Of a DNA stretch of 64,000 nucleotides, positions 19,806 to 30,600 are shown one piece after another. Every line of letters begins with the position of its first letter. Position 1 is the stretch's first letter. Source of the stretch: Turneriella sp. Lineage in GTDB: Bacteria > Spirochaetota > Leptospiria > Turneriellales > Turneriellaceae. Both the position numbers and the translations under genes were made by a program. Under the pieces are notes generated by a model. The model was not told the origin of the DNA. It saw only the letters and a list, made by a program, of their open reading frames with translations, and did not search any database. The stretch covers positions 768,001-832,000 of the forward strand of contig CBDIID010000003.1 of NCBI GenBank assembly GCA_965279515.1. The letters run 5' to 3'.

Positions 19806-21356
19806 ATGAAATATCTCCGCATTATTTCCGGCGCCATCATCCTTGCCATCGGCAGCTACGCGCTGTATTTTTTTACCGGCAATGGCGAAGCCGTCACAAA
19901 AGTCGAGTTTCCCGAAACTTTTGTCTCAGCCGCGGATTACTGCCGCGACAAAAAGAAAACCGAACTCAAATTTGCTGCGGGGGATGAAACAAAACTGCAG
20001 GAAGCAGTCAATATGCTCGAAGACTGCACAACACTCAGTATCGGCGCCGGGACCTTCCGGTTTACTAACGCCATTACCATTGCCAAAACCAAGGGACTAA
20101 CGCTCGAGGGCGCGGGAAAAACACAGACGATTCTGCAATTCAACCGCACTGGTAATTATAACGGCGTCGATATTGAAAATGCCAGTTCGCTGACGATCCG
20201 TAACCTGACGATCGCCGATTCACCGAAAAACGGCCTCGAGATCCGCCTCTCACAGCAGATTCATATCGATGGCGTGCGTACGACATGGTCGGTGACCGAA
20301 GGCCCCGGCAAAAGTAAAAATGGCGCATACGGTATTTACCCGGTCAATGTGAAGAACATCCTGCTTGAGAATTCAGAGAGTTTTTACGCCTCTGATGCCG
20401 GGCTCTATGTCGGGCAGTGCATCAATGCCGTTGTGCGCAACAATCTTGCCGAGAACAATGTCTTCGGCATTGAAATCGAAAACACCATCAACGCCGACGT
20501 CTATGACAATATCTCGCGCAAAAATACCGGCGGCTTCCTGATCTACGACCTGCACCGCAACTCCATCGTCGGCCGCAACGTGCGTTTTTTCCGCAACCTG
20601 TCAGAGAATAACAACCAGGAGAATTTTGCGCACAGCGGCATCGTCAAAGCCGTGCCTGCCGGCACCGGTATGGCGATCGTCGCGCAGCGCGACGTCGAGG
20701 TTTTCGCCAACCGCTTCCAGAATAACAACACGCTCGATATCGGCATCGTCCACGGCCTCGTCGCCGAAGTGCCTGAAATCTCGAAGTGGCCCAACAAAAA
20801 TTACTCCAACCATGACATCTACATCCACGACAACACTTTCGGCAACGAGAGCGGCGATGCCGTAGATAACGGCAAGGTCGACGGTAAAACCCGGCCGCTG
20901 GGTTTTCTGATCGATATGGTATTTAAAGAGGTAAACCTTTTCCGTAAAGAAAAGAACCTGCTCGCCGTTCCGGTGCAGAATATTCTCTTCGACGGCGTCG
21001 ACGACCACCGCACTATTCTCGCCCTCACCAATACTTTTCTCGGCAACCGCAAGGGGAACCGCATCCGGCTTTGCCTCAAAAACCTCTCGGCGTCCACGTC
21101 GCGGCCATCGCTGGTCGATATGAACCTGCCGGCGCTGCTCGATAACAGCGAAGAGCCGACAAAGGCTTCGATTCGCAAAGCTGTCGAAAAAGACGATTTT
21201 ATCCTGTACTCGGGGCTCGGCGAGCCGCTCTATGGTGGCGATACACCGCAGGGTTTTAATTGCACAGGGAAGAGCGGCACCGGCGTTCCCGTCAAAGGTT
21301 TGGGCGAAGACGGCAAACTCAAGGCGGACAGAATCCTCAGCGAACTGAAACTCTGA
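19806..21356 (+). CDS. parallel beta-helix repeat protein (partner of SO2930-type cytochrome)
   Basis: NGAYGIYPV, ASDAGLYVGQ, NNVFGIEIEN, NTGGFLIYDL, VPAGTG. N-terminal membrane anchor. Confidence 0.85.
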   Translation: MKYLRIISGAIILAIGSYALYFFTGNGEAVTKVEFPETFVSAADYCRDKKKTELKFAAGDETKLQEAVNMLEDCTTLSIGAGTFRFTNAITIAKTKGLTLEGAGKTQTILQFNRTGNYNGVDIENASSLTIRNLTIADSPKNGLEIRLSQQIHIDGVRTTWSVTEGPGKSKNGAYGIYPVNVKNILLENSESFYASDAGLYVGQCINAVVRNNLAENNVFGIEIENTINADVYDNISRKNTGGFLIYDLHRNSIVGRNVRFFRNLSENNNQENFAHSGIVKAVPAGTGMAIVAQRDVEVFANRFQNNNTLDIGIVHGLVAEVPEISKWPNKNYSNHDIYIHDNTFGNESGDAVDNGKVDGKTRPLGFLIDMVFKEVNLFRKEKNLLAVPVQNILFDGVDDHRTILALTNTFLGNRKGNRIRLCLKNLSASTSRPSLVDMNLPALLDNSEEPTKASIRKAVEKDDFILYSGLGEPLYGGDTPQGFNCTGKSGTGVPVKGLGEDGKLKADRILSELKL

Positions 21357-21361
21357 TTTTC

Positions 21362-22453
21362 ATGCGTGCATATCTGCCATTTCTTGTTTTATTTGCCCTT
21401 ATTCTTCCCGGCTGCAAAAAAGCCGGCAAGGTTCGGCCACGCACTGACAATGTCGCGATCCACAAAAAATTGTCGGATTTCCACTTGTTCTCAAATATGC
21501 CTGCGCACCAGGGAACTCTTTCCCCTGCCGTGCCGTCGCTGGCATATGATCTTGTCAGCCCGCTATTCTCGGACTATGCCTTGAAATTCCGTACCATCCG
21601 CATTCCTGCAGACGAAGCCGCTGTCTATGACGGGAAAGCAGTCTTTGATTTGCCGGTAGGCACAATTATCACCAAAACCTTTTCATTTCCCGAAGATTTC
21701 CGCAAGCCGGGTGAAAAGATCAAACTGATCGAGACGCGGCTCATGATACGCCAGAGCGACGGCTGGGTTGCCCTGCCCTACATCTGGAACGAGGCCCAGA
21801 CCGAGGCGGTGCTTGCCCCTGCGGGGAAGACAATCCCCGTTGCTTTCACAGATAACGCAGGTAAACCTGTGCGCTTTGCCTATACCGTGCCAGCGAAGAA
21901 CCAATGCGGCTCATGCCACCAGGTCTATGAAAACGGTGAGCAGATCATCAAACCGATCGGCATCAAGGCGCGGCACCTGAACCGCGATATGGCCTACCCT
22001 GACGGTGCAAAAAATCAACTAACGTATTGGGTAAGCCTCAAAATGCTTGATGAGGCCGGGGATGCTAAAAATAAATCCGCCGATTACCATGACGCATCAT
22101 TACCGGTTGAGCGCCGTGCGCGTGCCTACCTCGATATCAACTGCGCACACTGCCATGCATCCGGCGGTTCGGCGGGCATCGATTCGAAACTCGAACTCGA
22201 TGTCTACACGACTGACAAAGATAAGTTAGGCTTCTGTAAAATTCCGGGTTCAGCAGGCAAAGGCGGCGGCGGGCTCAAATTCGATATTGTGCCGGGCTCG
22301 CCTGAGAAATCCATTCTCTATTTCCGTACCGCCACCGACGAAAGCGGCGCGATGATGCCGCAGATCGGCCGCGCACTCGTTCACAAGGAAGGTGCGCAGA
22401 TACTTTATAACTGGATTAAAGAGATGCCGGCAGAGAATTGTTCAGGCAGTTAA
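21362..22453 (+). CDS. SO2930-family diheme c-type cytochrome lipoprotein
   Basis: Lipobox LPGC, PLFSDYALKFR, IETRL, CGSCH, RARAYLDINCAHCH, MMPQIGR. Confidence 0.88.
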   Translation: MRAYLPFLVLFALILPGCKKAGKVRPRTDNVAIHKKLSDFHLFSNMPAHQGTLSPAVPSLAYDLVSPLFSDYALKFRTIRIPADEAAVYDGKAVFDLPVGTIITKTFSFPEDFRKPGEKIKLIETRLMIRQSDGWVALPYIWNEAQTEAVLAPAGKTIPVAFTDNAGKPVRFAYTVPAKNQCGSCHQVYENGEQIIKPIGIKARHLNRDMAYPDGAKNQLTYWVSLKMLDEAGDAKNKSADYHDASLPVERRARAYLDINCAHCHASGGSAGIDSKLELDVYTTDKDKLGFCKIPGSAGKGGGGLKFDIVPGSPEKSILYFRTATDESGAMMPQIGRALVHKEGAQILYNWIKEMPAENCSGS

Positions 22454-22478
22454 TCGAGAATCGTCGGAATATCCAAAA

Positions 22479-22527
22479 AAACACGGCGCTAAAGTGCGAA
22501 CGCCGTGTTTGCCGTGTCGCCGTGGTT
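22479..22527. terminator. hairpin plus triple GCCGTG repeat between convergent genes
   Basis: AAACACGGCG (22479-22488) pairs with CGCCGTGTTT (22501-22510), with an A-tract flank. Likely terminator for the rplI operon. Confidence 0.5.
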
Positions 22528-22531
22528 AATC

Positions 22532-22975
22532 TTATTCAGCAACAACGTGCAGCACGATCTGTGCTGAAACGCCGTCGTGGAGTTTTACCTGGAGTTTATA
22601 ATTACCGAGAGCTTTGATGTTTTCATCGAGCATGATAGAGCGGCGCTCGACATGGAAGCCCATCGCTTCGAGTTCTTTGGCGATCTGGATGTTGGTGATG
22701 CTGCCGAAGAGTTTGTTGTCTTCACCGACTTTTGCCTTGAGCGTAACTTCTTTGCCATTGAGCTGGCCTGCCTGCTCTTCTGCTGACTTTTTGCGCTTGG
22801 CAACTTTGCGCGCCTGAACCTGTTCGAGGAAGGCTTTTTCTTTCACCGAGCGTACGTTTGCGCTCATCACCAGGCCCCGTGGAAAGAGATAGTTACGGGC
22901 ATAACCGTCGCGGACTTCTTTAATGTCGCCGGCACGGCCGAGAGTCGAAATATCTTGCTTGAGAATAACGCGCAT
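22532..22975 (-). CDS. rplI: 50S ribosomal protein L9
   Basis: LGRAGDIKEVRDGYARNYLFP, KLFGSIT. Confidence 0.97.
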   Translation of the reverse strand: MRVILKQDISTLGRAGDIKEVRDGYARNYLFPRGLVMSANVRSVKEKAFLEQVQARKVAKRKKSAEEQAGQLNGKEVTLKAKVGEDNKLFGSITNIQIAKELEAMGFHVERRSIMLDENIKALGNYKLQVKLHDGVSAQIVLHVVAE

Positions 22976-24015
22976 CAGCCCTCATTGATGTCTGTGACAG
23001 GCCGTAAAGACCTTTTCCTTAAGGAAAGCCAGACTTCCATAAGACCCAGGATCGTAAAAAGGATCGCGATCAGGGTAATGAGCTCGGGTAGCCAGATACC
23101 CAAAAGCAGCACACCGAGGGTTACCCAGTGCGCAGGGAAAAGCCGCACTTCGAAAAACAGGGAGATAATGCCAATACCCTGGAGCATGTAGAGGAAGAGT
23201 AGTATATAGAGGCCGTTCTTCACAAGGAACATCAAGGGTTTGAGTTGCGGCAGCTTCAGTGCTGCTACGTAAAACCCGGCAAAACCGACAAGCGCCCAAA
23301 CCCAGCCGTCGGGAATCCTAAAGAGGCTCATGTGCCCCTGGACAATATTCTGCTTAAAGCGGATGCGCGCGAAAATGCGCAAAAACACGCCGAGACAGAG
23401 CACGCCGACAAAGCTCGAGATGAAAAAAATCGTCGGGCTCATCTCGATCAGCTGGCCGCGGAAATCCACCGTTTCAAGTCCTGCAGCCTGCATGCGTGCC
23501 GTCACTTGTTTCTGTACGTCGTCCAGAATCTGTTGCAGCGCCTTCGAACCAAAATAATCGTAGGCCGCAACGCTGAACGATAACATTGTTGTGAGAATCG
23601 TGAAAATCATCAGTAGCGCAGAATTATAGCCCGACAAAAAGGCATCCCGCTTTTGCCAGATCTTCTTGAGCTGTAGTGTCAGCGCGAGGTACTTCTGCAG
23701 CCTGCCTTCGGTATCGGGAATTTTTTCGATTTCAGCCTTCAGCTCTTTGCGCGACGGCAAAGGCATGTTGAGCAGTTTGAAAATGGAACTCGTGGGGTTT
23801 AAGGCGACAACCCAGATGCCGGCGACGAAAAAAAACAGCGCCGCACCGCCGGGCATAAACGCTTCGATACGCATCTTTGCCGGCAGAAATAAAAAAAGGC
23901 ACGTCACTGCGAACGTGCCCCATAACCACAACCGGCGGTTAAAACTCGCGCGGTAGAGGTAGACGGGAATCAGAGCAAATGCCAGGCTTAAAGGAAAACC
24001 CAGCAAAAGCTCCAT
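22975..24015 (-). CDS. DUF2232/YybS-like membrane protein
   Basis: Multi-TM protein with FRIPDGWVW and YMLQGIGI, between rpsR and rplI. Confidence 0.7.
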   Translation of the reverse strand: MELLLGFPLSLAFALIPVYLYRASFNRRLWLWGTFAVTCLFLFLPAKMRIEAFMPGGAALFFFVAGIWVVALNPTSSIFKLLNMPLPSRKELKAEIEKIPDTEGRLQKYLALTLQLKKIWQKRDAFLSGYNSALLMIFTILTTMLSFSVAAYDYFGSKALQQILDDVQKQVTARMQAAGLETVDFRGQLIEMSPTIFFISSFVGVLCLGVFLRIFARIRFKQNIVQGHMSLFRIPDGWVWALVGFAGFYVAALKLPQLKPLMFLVKNGLYILLFLYMLQGIGIISLFFEVRLFPAHWVTLGVLLLGIWLPELITLIAILFTILGLMEVWLSLRKRSLRPVTDINEG

Positions 24016-24021
24016 TGCCGT

Positions 24022-24315
24022 TTAGACGCTGAAAGGCATGAAGCCGGCGTTGCGTGCTTTTTTGATCGATTTTGCGACAAGGCGCTGGTGGAGCGCACAT
24101 GTACCGGTCAACCGGCGTGGCAAAATTTTTCCTTTGTTCGAAACCAGTTTCACAAGAATGTCGACGCGCTTATAGTCCATCAGCAGGTCTTTGTTCTCGC
24201 AGAAGCGGCAGGTTTTCTTTTTGAAACGCGGGCCGCCGCGATCACCGCCGCGCCCTTTGCGCTCGCCGTAATCGCCTTCTTCTCTTCTTGGTTCTCTTTC
24301 TTGACGTTCTTCCAT
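24022..24315 (-). CDS. rpsR: 30S ribosomal protein S18
   Basis: CRFC, DYK, GKILPRRLTGTCALHQR, IKKAR. Confidence 0.96.
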   Translation of the reverse strand: MEERQEREPRREEGDYGERKGRGGDRGGPRFKKKTCRFCENKDLLMDYKRVDILVKLVSNKGKILPRRLTGTCALHQRLVAKSIKKARNAGFMPFSV

Positions 24316-24327
24316 ACTATTTCTCCA

Positions 24328-24768
24328 TTAAAACGGGATATCATCGTCGCTCATCGCGCCGCTGTCAAAGGCCGCTGCGTTACGCGCGCCGCCTTCCGAG
24401 GGGGCGTTTTCCCGTGGGCCGCCCTCGCCTTGTTTGGCATCCAGAAACTGGAAGCCCTCTACATTGATCTCAACCTTGCTGGCTTTTTTACCGTCGGTAC
24501 CTTCCCATGAAGACCAGCGCAGATTACCTTCGACGCAAATGCGGCGGCCCTTCTGCAGGTATTTGTGGATTGTCTCGGCGGATTTACCCCAGGCGACGCA
24601 ATCAAAAAAACCGACTTCGTCGCGGCTTTCGCCCGTCTGCCGGTTATAGATGTTCCGGTTTGACGCCAGCGAAAAGCGGCAGAAGTAGTTTCCTGAGTTG
24701 GTCGATTTAAGTTCCGGATCGCGCGTCAGGCGCCCGATCAGGATAACGCGGTTGATGTCGCTCGCCAT
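24328..24768 (-). CDS. ssb: single-stranded DNA-binding protein
   Basis: NRVILIGRLTRDPE, C-terminal DDDIPF. Confidence 0.97.
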   Translation of the reverse strand: MASDINRVILIGRLTRDPELKSTNSGNYFCRFSLASNRNIYNRQTGESRDEVGFFDCVAWGKSAETIHKYLQKGRRICVEGNLRWSSWEGTDGKKASKVEINVEGFQFLDAKQGEGGPRENAPSEGGARNAAAFDSGAMSDDDIPF

Positions 24769-24783
24769 ATGGGCCGTAGCCTG

Positions 24784-25071
24784 TTAGTCGAGCACCGTAA
24801 TCATCGCTTTCAGCACGCCCGCGTTGACACGCAGGTCGCCGTTGATTTGCGGTATTGCAGCACCTTCGGATTTAAATCCGTAGTAAAAGTAGTGACCGCG
24901 GTCTTGTTTCTTAGCGAGATGATAGAGACGGCGAGCGCCCCAATCTTCTTTTTGCGCCACTTCGGCGCCACGCTTTGTCAGCGAAGCTTCGACTTCGTCT
25001 TTCGCGCGTGTTTTTTCGTCTGCATTCTTGTCGGAGAGGACAAGAACCAGTTCGTAGTTCTTCTTTGCCAT
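24784..25071 (-). CDS. rpsF: 30S ribosomal protein S6
   Basis: YELVLVL, EDWGARRLY..K..GHY, first gene of the rpsF-ssb-rpsR operon. Confidence 0.92.
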   Translation of the reverse strand: MAKKNYELVLVLSDKNADEKTRAKDEVEASLTKRGAEVAQKEDWGARRLYHLAKKQDRGHYFYYGFKSEGAAIPQINGDLRVNAGVLKAMITVLD

Positions 25072-25197
25072 GTTTCCCCCTATGGTTGTAAAGGATAGGT
25101 ATCAGATACTTTGCTATGCAAAGCAATCGTCCCATCCAGAAGGCCATCCAACTTAGGCTTTTCAGACAGGGTGGAAAGCAAAAACAAACCTTACCCC

Positions 25198-25995
25198 ATG
25201 CGTGTCGCCGTCATACAGATGAATTCCCAGAGTGACACGGGGCATAATTTTGAATCGGCAGAAATGCTGCTGACGGGGGCCGCGAAACAGGGAGCCGAAT
25301 ACGCGCTGTTGCCAGAAAACTTTGCCTTCTTTGGCGGCGAGCAGGAAAAAATCGCCAAGAGCGCCGAGATCGGCTCAGCCGTCACTGCGTTTCTCGCCAA
25401 AACCGCACAAAAACTCAAGATGACGATCACGGGGGGCGGCTTCCCCGTGCCCGCAGAATCAGGTAAAGTCTATAATATCGCGGTGACTTTCTCACCCGAG
25501 GGCAAAGAAATACACCGCTACGACAAGCTGCACCTCTTTGACGTTTCACCCGGCGACAATGTCAGCTACCAGGAATCGCGTTCGACAAAATCGGGCGAGC
25601 TCAAACTTTCGCTTTTAGAATTGCCCCCTTTCCGCTTCGGCATGACGGTGTGTTACGATGTGCGCTTCCCTACCCTGTACCGCGAATACGCGCGCATGGG
25701 CGCCAACGTGCTCTGCGTGCCCGCTGCTTTCACCAAGCTCACAGGCGCGGCCCACTGGCATTCGCTGTTGCGCGCACGCGCCATTGAAAACACCAGCTAC
25801 GTGCTGGCCGCAGCGCAAAGCGGTACTCACTTTGGTGGCCGGGAAACTTTTGGGCACAGTCTTATCATCGATCCGTGGGGTGAAATCATCGCGGAGTTAC
25901 CGGAGCGCCCGGGCTTTGTCACGGCAGAAATTGATTTTGCCCGCGTCGCAGATGTGCGTACGCGCATGCCGTCTTTAACACACGATAAAATCTAG
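25198..25995 (+). CDS. carbon-nitrogen hydrolase (Nit1/deaminated glutathione amidase-like)
   Basis: LPENF, YDKLHLFD, VCYDVRFP, GAAHW..LLRARAIEN, GHSLIIDPWG. Confidence 0.92.
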   Translation: MRVAVIQMNSQSDTGHNFESAEMLLTGAAKQGAEYALLPENFAFFGGEQEKIAKSAEIGSAVTAFLAKTAQKLKMTITGGGFPVPAESGKVYNIAVTFSPEGKEIHRYDKLHLFDVSPGDNVSYQESRSTKSGELKLSLLELPPFRFGMTVCYDVRFPTLYREYARMGANVLCVPAAFTKLTGAAHWHSLLRARAIENTSYVLAAAQSGTHFGGRETFGHSLIIDPWGEIIAELPERPGFVTAEIDFARVADVRTRMPSLTHDKI

Positions 25996-26000
25996 GCGGC

Positions 26001-27479
26001 CTAAGGCGCCAGAAATTCGCGCATTTCCGCTTTGAGCGGAAAATGCCAGTGCAACTTGCGTTCTTCGAGCGGCGCCGTTGCCAAAGCCGGCTCTTCAGCA
26101 GGCAAGGACTGGAGTTGAGCTGATCCGGACGCGTCAAAAATTCCCGCGAGGTTATCGACAATTTGGGCTGAGTGCGTTATGTTTGTCGAGATATCGTGGT
26201 TGAAGACGACAAAATAGGCGGGGCCGGCGACGATCGTGAGTCCCGCGCCGTTCCCCGAATTAAAATTGGTGTCTGTATATGTGCCATTGATTTTCATCAG
26301 CTTCGGTGCATAGCTCTGCAATGCACCGGAAATCTGCGAGCTACTCGCTGCATATGAACCCGCGATCAGGCTATTCGTCAGTTCCTGTGAATAGGATGTC
26401 GTCGCTGGCCGCAGCGCATAGCTGTAGTTTGATCCCGCTCCCAGAGTAAATGCGGTGGCATTGCTGTTAAACCGTATTTTGGCGGTTGTCGGCTGATCAC
26501 CGATACTGCCGCTCAGGAGCGCAGCCCACATATAACGGTAGCTGCAGGAAAAATGCTGGTAGGTAATACCCGATGTCTCATTACAAAGCGTCATGCCCGT
26601 CAAACCGCTGTCGACAGACTGCAGCGCCAGATTGACCCCCGCCGCGCCCGTCTGGTTATTTTTGAAAACCGCCGCAATGCCGCCGAGCCCGTAGACATCC
26701 GCTAGGTAACGAAAATAGACATATGAGGTAGCATAATTATCGAGCAGAAACGAATTCGTTTCTTTGACGAGCGATGTGTTATTGAGGAGAGCGCTGCGGA
26801 AGTTATTCGCCCGGCCCGTCTGCGGCCCGAAACCGGTCAGGTCTGAGCTGACTTCGGCGAGCCCCTCATCGACCCAGGCAGGTTCGACGTCGCCCTGTTC
26901 GCCGCGGTAATATTTCCCGAACTGCAGCAGGTGCTGGTATTCATGCGCGAGCGTCGCATAGAACTGCGTCAGCGTATTCTTGCGGAGTGCATCATCGAGG
27001 CCCGGGTAAGTATCGAGATAAAGCATCTCTGCATGGTTACTGTGGTATTTGCTGTTAGCCGCGCTCACCGCGGCCTCGCTGTAATGGTTGATCGGATCAA
27101 AATAGCCGGCGATATAGCCGCCCCCGGTCTTATAGCCATCCTGGATGTCGAGCAGCAGCAGGATAACCTTGCCGTTGCCGTCGACATCGGTCGGGGTTGT
27201 ATACCAGAGATGTTCCACTGGCACGATATTGTTCTCAAATGCTGACAAGAGACCGTCTATGGCCGACTTCGGCACATCTCTCTTCGCTTCGGTATAGATT
27301 TCGGCGTTTTTAGATGAGGCGGAAAACATCGCGGTGGCCCTGTAAAATGTAGAATCGCCCGAAGTCAGGTCGCTGCGGCGCGCCCAAAAACCTTTTCCGC
27401 CGGGGGGATCATAAAGTGCATCGCTGCCGACGCAATGCAACGTCAAAGCAGTAAGGGCTACAGAGAAAAACAGCCGCAT
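26001..27479 (-). CDS. M30-like zinc metallopeptidase lipoprotein
   Basis: Lipobox LTLHC, DVDGNGK, AGYF, TLAHEYQHL, WVDEGLAE. Confidence 0.75.
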   Translation of the reverse strand: MRLFFSVALTALTLHCVGSDALYDPPGGKGFWARRSDLTSGDSTFYRATAMFSASSKNAEIYTEAKRDVPKSAIDGLLSAFENNIVPVEHLWYTTPTDVDGNGKVILLLLDIQDGYKTGGGYIAGYFDPINHYSEAAVSAANSKYHSNHAEMLYLDTYPGLDDALRKNTLTQFYATLAHEYQHLLQFGKYYRGEQGDVEPAWVDEGLAEVSSDLTGFGPQTGRANNFRSALLNNTSLVKETNSFLLDNYATSYVYFRYLADVYGLGGIAAVFKNNQTGAAGVNLALQSVDSGLTGMTLCNETSGITYQHFSCSYRYMWAALLSGSIGDQPTTAKIRFNSNATAFTLGAGSNYSYALRPATTSYSQELTNSLIAGSYAASSSQISGALQSYAPKLMKINGTYTDTNFNSGNGAGLTIVAGPAYFVVFNHDISTNITHSAQIVDNLAGIFDASGSAQLQSLPAEEPALATAPLEERKLHWHFPLKAEMREFLAP

Positions 27480-27672
27480 CCCGCGGAGTGCCCGATAAAG
27501 CCGGGTTGTCAATCTAAAATAAATGAACATGAATAGTTTCCAGAGTCCGTTTGTTCTACGATTGAACACGCGAAATAGCAGCGTTTTCGTAATTTTCTCG
27601 ACGCCTCAGGTACCCCTGTTCAGTGCTGCGCGAGCTAGATAGCAATAACCTTTTATTTAAGGAGAGCTTTTC

Positions 27673-30600
27673 GTGACCGAACTTTCGCGACGGAGCCTTT
27701 CTCTTTCTAAGTTTTGCGATTTTGCGCGCATTCTGTGCGTGGCGGGGATTGTCATCCCTGCTCTCCATTGCTCTAAACTCAAAACCGACACAAATTGCCT
27801 GAATCCTGCCTCGAGTTGTTTTGTCGCCGACGTCACACGACCGCAAGTGAGATCGCAATCGCCGATGGGAACGGTAAGCAAACTCGATTCCCTGACTGTA
27901 ACCTTTTCAGAAGAATTAAAAAATATCACAGATACCACCGTGTGGGAAATTTCCGGTGACGGTAAAGGCCAGCTGCACCTGAAGGATATCCAGCGCGTTG
28001 AAGGTACCTACACTTACGTGCTCAACTTCGACAATCCTTACGTGAGTAATGGTTCAATTATTTTTACTCCCAAAACGACGGATTACAATGGTAACACCTT
28101 GTCTTCAGCGCCACCGGGCCTGACCGGCAGCACCGTGATTGGCATCACTTTTTCAAACGTGACGCATGATTTTATCACGCAGGCCGGCGGCTTCACTTCC
28201 ACAACGGTAGACTTTGTGCACGACCTGCCCGTCGATCCGCAGGATGCCACATCGACGCAGAATAGCTGGATAGCGTATTTAAATTCCGCAGATTGCAGCG
28301 GCACACCAGTCGCCCAAGGCACCGGTAATGTTGCGGGCGGTGTGGTGCAGCAGATCACCGTAGATACGTCCGCGGGCGCCGATGCCACGCCCAACAACCA
28401 GATCGTTTCTCTGAATACCATCGGGGCAAATCTCATCCGCATCTGTTATTCGAACCCGGCGAAGAACCGTTACGGCAGCGCCGCAATCAGCATCACGCGC
28501 GACGACTCGGCGCCGTATGCATGGGCAAGTCCCGCAGGCGGCGCATTCGGCACGCCCGGCACGATCTCGCTGTTCTGCGACGACAATTGCCTGCGCATTG
28601 CTTATACGACGGACGGATCGCCCCCTGCAATGGATATGGCGGGGGCGATAACCAATGGAAACGCTTACACCGCGACAATTGCGATGCCGTACATCAGCGA
28701 CCCGACGAATACGACGTTGCAATTTCTTGCCGCAGATAAGGCGGGTAAACTAACCTCGATCACGACGCATAATTTTACGGTCGATACCCGCATTCCGCAG
28801 ATTACCGTGACTGCGAACCCGTACACATATCTGACCGACGGCACAGGAGTGACCGCAAGCCCTGTAAATACCCTGCATACATCGTCGACCGTGCTGTGGC
28901 AGACGAATATTCCCGCGCGCTCCGAATTCCGCATTGCCGCAAATTGCGGCGGTGCAACGTGGGGTGCGGCTCCCGGAACCAGTAACAGTTCTGCGATCCT
29001 CGTAACCGCGCCGCTGGCGGTTGGGGCAAATCCGGTAACGCTCTGTGCGCGCGAATCGGCGACCAATACACATATCGGTTCAAACACGCTGACATTTTTC
29101 CGCGATGATACCAACCCCGTCTTCGGCGGATTACTCTCCGTGTCGAATACGGCAAGCGGGCAAGCCCTGCTCAGTTGGATCGCAGCGACGGATGCTTCAC
29201 CAGTAGAGTATATTATCTGCCAGACGACGACGCCTACGGGATGCGATAACGGGGCTTTCACCGCAACGTATGGCGGCGATGGTTCGATTACCGGTACAAG
29301 TTATACCATCTCCGGGCTCAATGTCAATCAAACCTACTACTTCGCCGTGCAGGCGCGCGATGCCACAGGCCGCGCGACGTATGGCGGACCGACACTGCAA
29401 TGGACATCTCCGCTGCTTAAGATTCAGCTGACGGGACTTCCCGGCGCCGGAAATTTGAATATCTCCCGCACGGGCAGCTCAAGCTCCGATTCGCTGAGCT
29501 TAACAGCAAACGGAACCTACGCGTTTCCCACCCCGCTCTTCATCGGCGATGTCTACAACCTCCAGATCACTTCCCTGATCCCCACAACAGGTTCCGTGTG
29601 TTCCATTGGGGCGGCGGCATACGGTCAGATCGCCAGCATGACGACGATCATCCCGGTAAACTGCGCGCCGGGTTATATGGTGGGGGGACTTTTCCGCGCC
29701 TTGCCGGCCGCGACGCTGAAATATCTCCCGTTCCAGGGTAAGGTAACGGCTTTCGCGGGTTCCGGAGCCGCGGGCTTCGCAAATGCAACACCCGCAACCA
29801 GCGGAACACTGAACGGCCCCGATCACCTCGTCAGCGACGGTACGAATCTTTTTATCAGCGATGTCAATAACCGGGCGATTCGAAAAATCGTACTTGCTTC
29901 AAACGCACTTTCGACCCACATTCAGGCGACCGGTGTCTGCACTGCCGATGCCCTCGCGACACAGGGGTTTATCCAACCTATGGCGATGGCGACAGATGGT
30001 ACAAGCCTCTTTATCGCCGATCATCAGGCACATATTATTCTGCGTGTACCCGTTGCCGGCGGCACTCTGACCCGCGTGGCCGGTACCGGCGCGGGATGCA
30101 GTTCGGTGAGCGGCGGTTCTTCGAACGACAATGATAATCCGCTGAACGCGACGTTTAACGGCATCCATGGTTTGGTATTCCATAACGGCTATCTCTATAT
30201 CTCCGAATATTACGGGCAAAAAATCCGGCGTCTGAATCTCACCACGGGGCAGGTTTCCACGGTATTAGCCGGCATGGTTGTCGGCGACATCGCAGTCATC
30301 GGCAACTATCTTTATTTCGCGAATACACCAAACAACCAGATTCGACGGCTCGATCTTTCATCGCTACAGCTCGACGGCGGCTTTAGCATCGGTTCAGGCA
30401 CAGTGGGATTCAGGGACGGTGCGCTCGCGTCAGCGCAGCTGAATAATCCGTTGTCGCTCGTCACCGACGGCCGGGATCTCTACTTCAGCGAATACCACAC
30501 AGGTACGGGCGGCCGCCGCGTGCGCCGCGCCGATCTCGTGCGCAACACGGTCAGCCTCGTTGCTGGCCCGGCATTCGAACTTGCGTCCGCCCCCGGCGCA

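Noticed and set aside
21260..21361. Extended N-termini given by the ORF track (also 25111, 36940, 39462, 56380)
   Set aside because: These extensions overlap upstream genes or precede clear signal peptides or family N-termini, so downstream starts were chosen.
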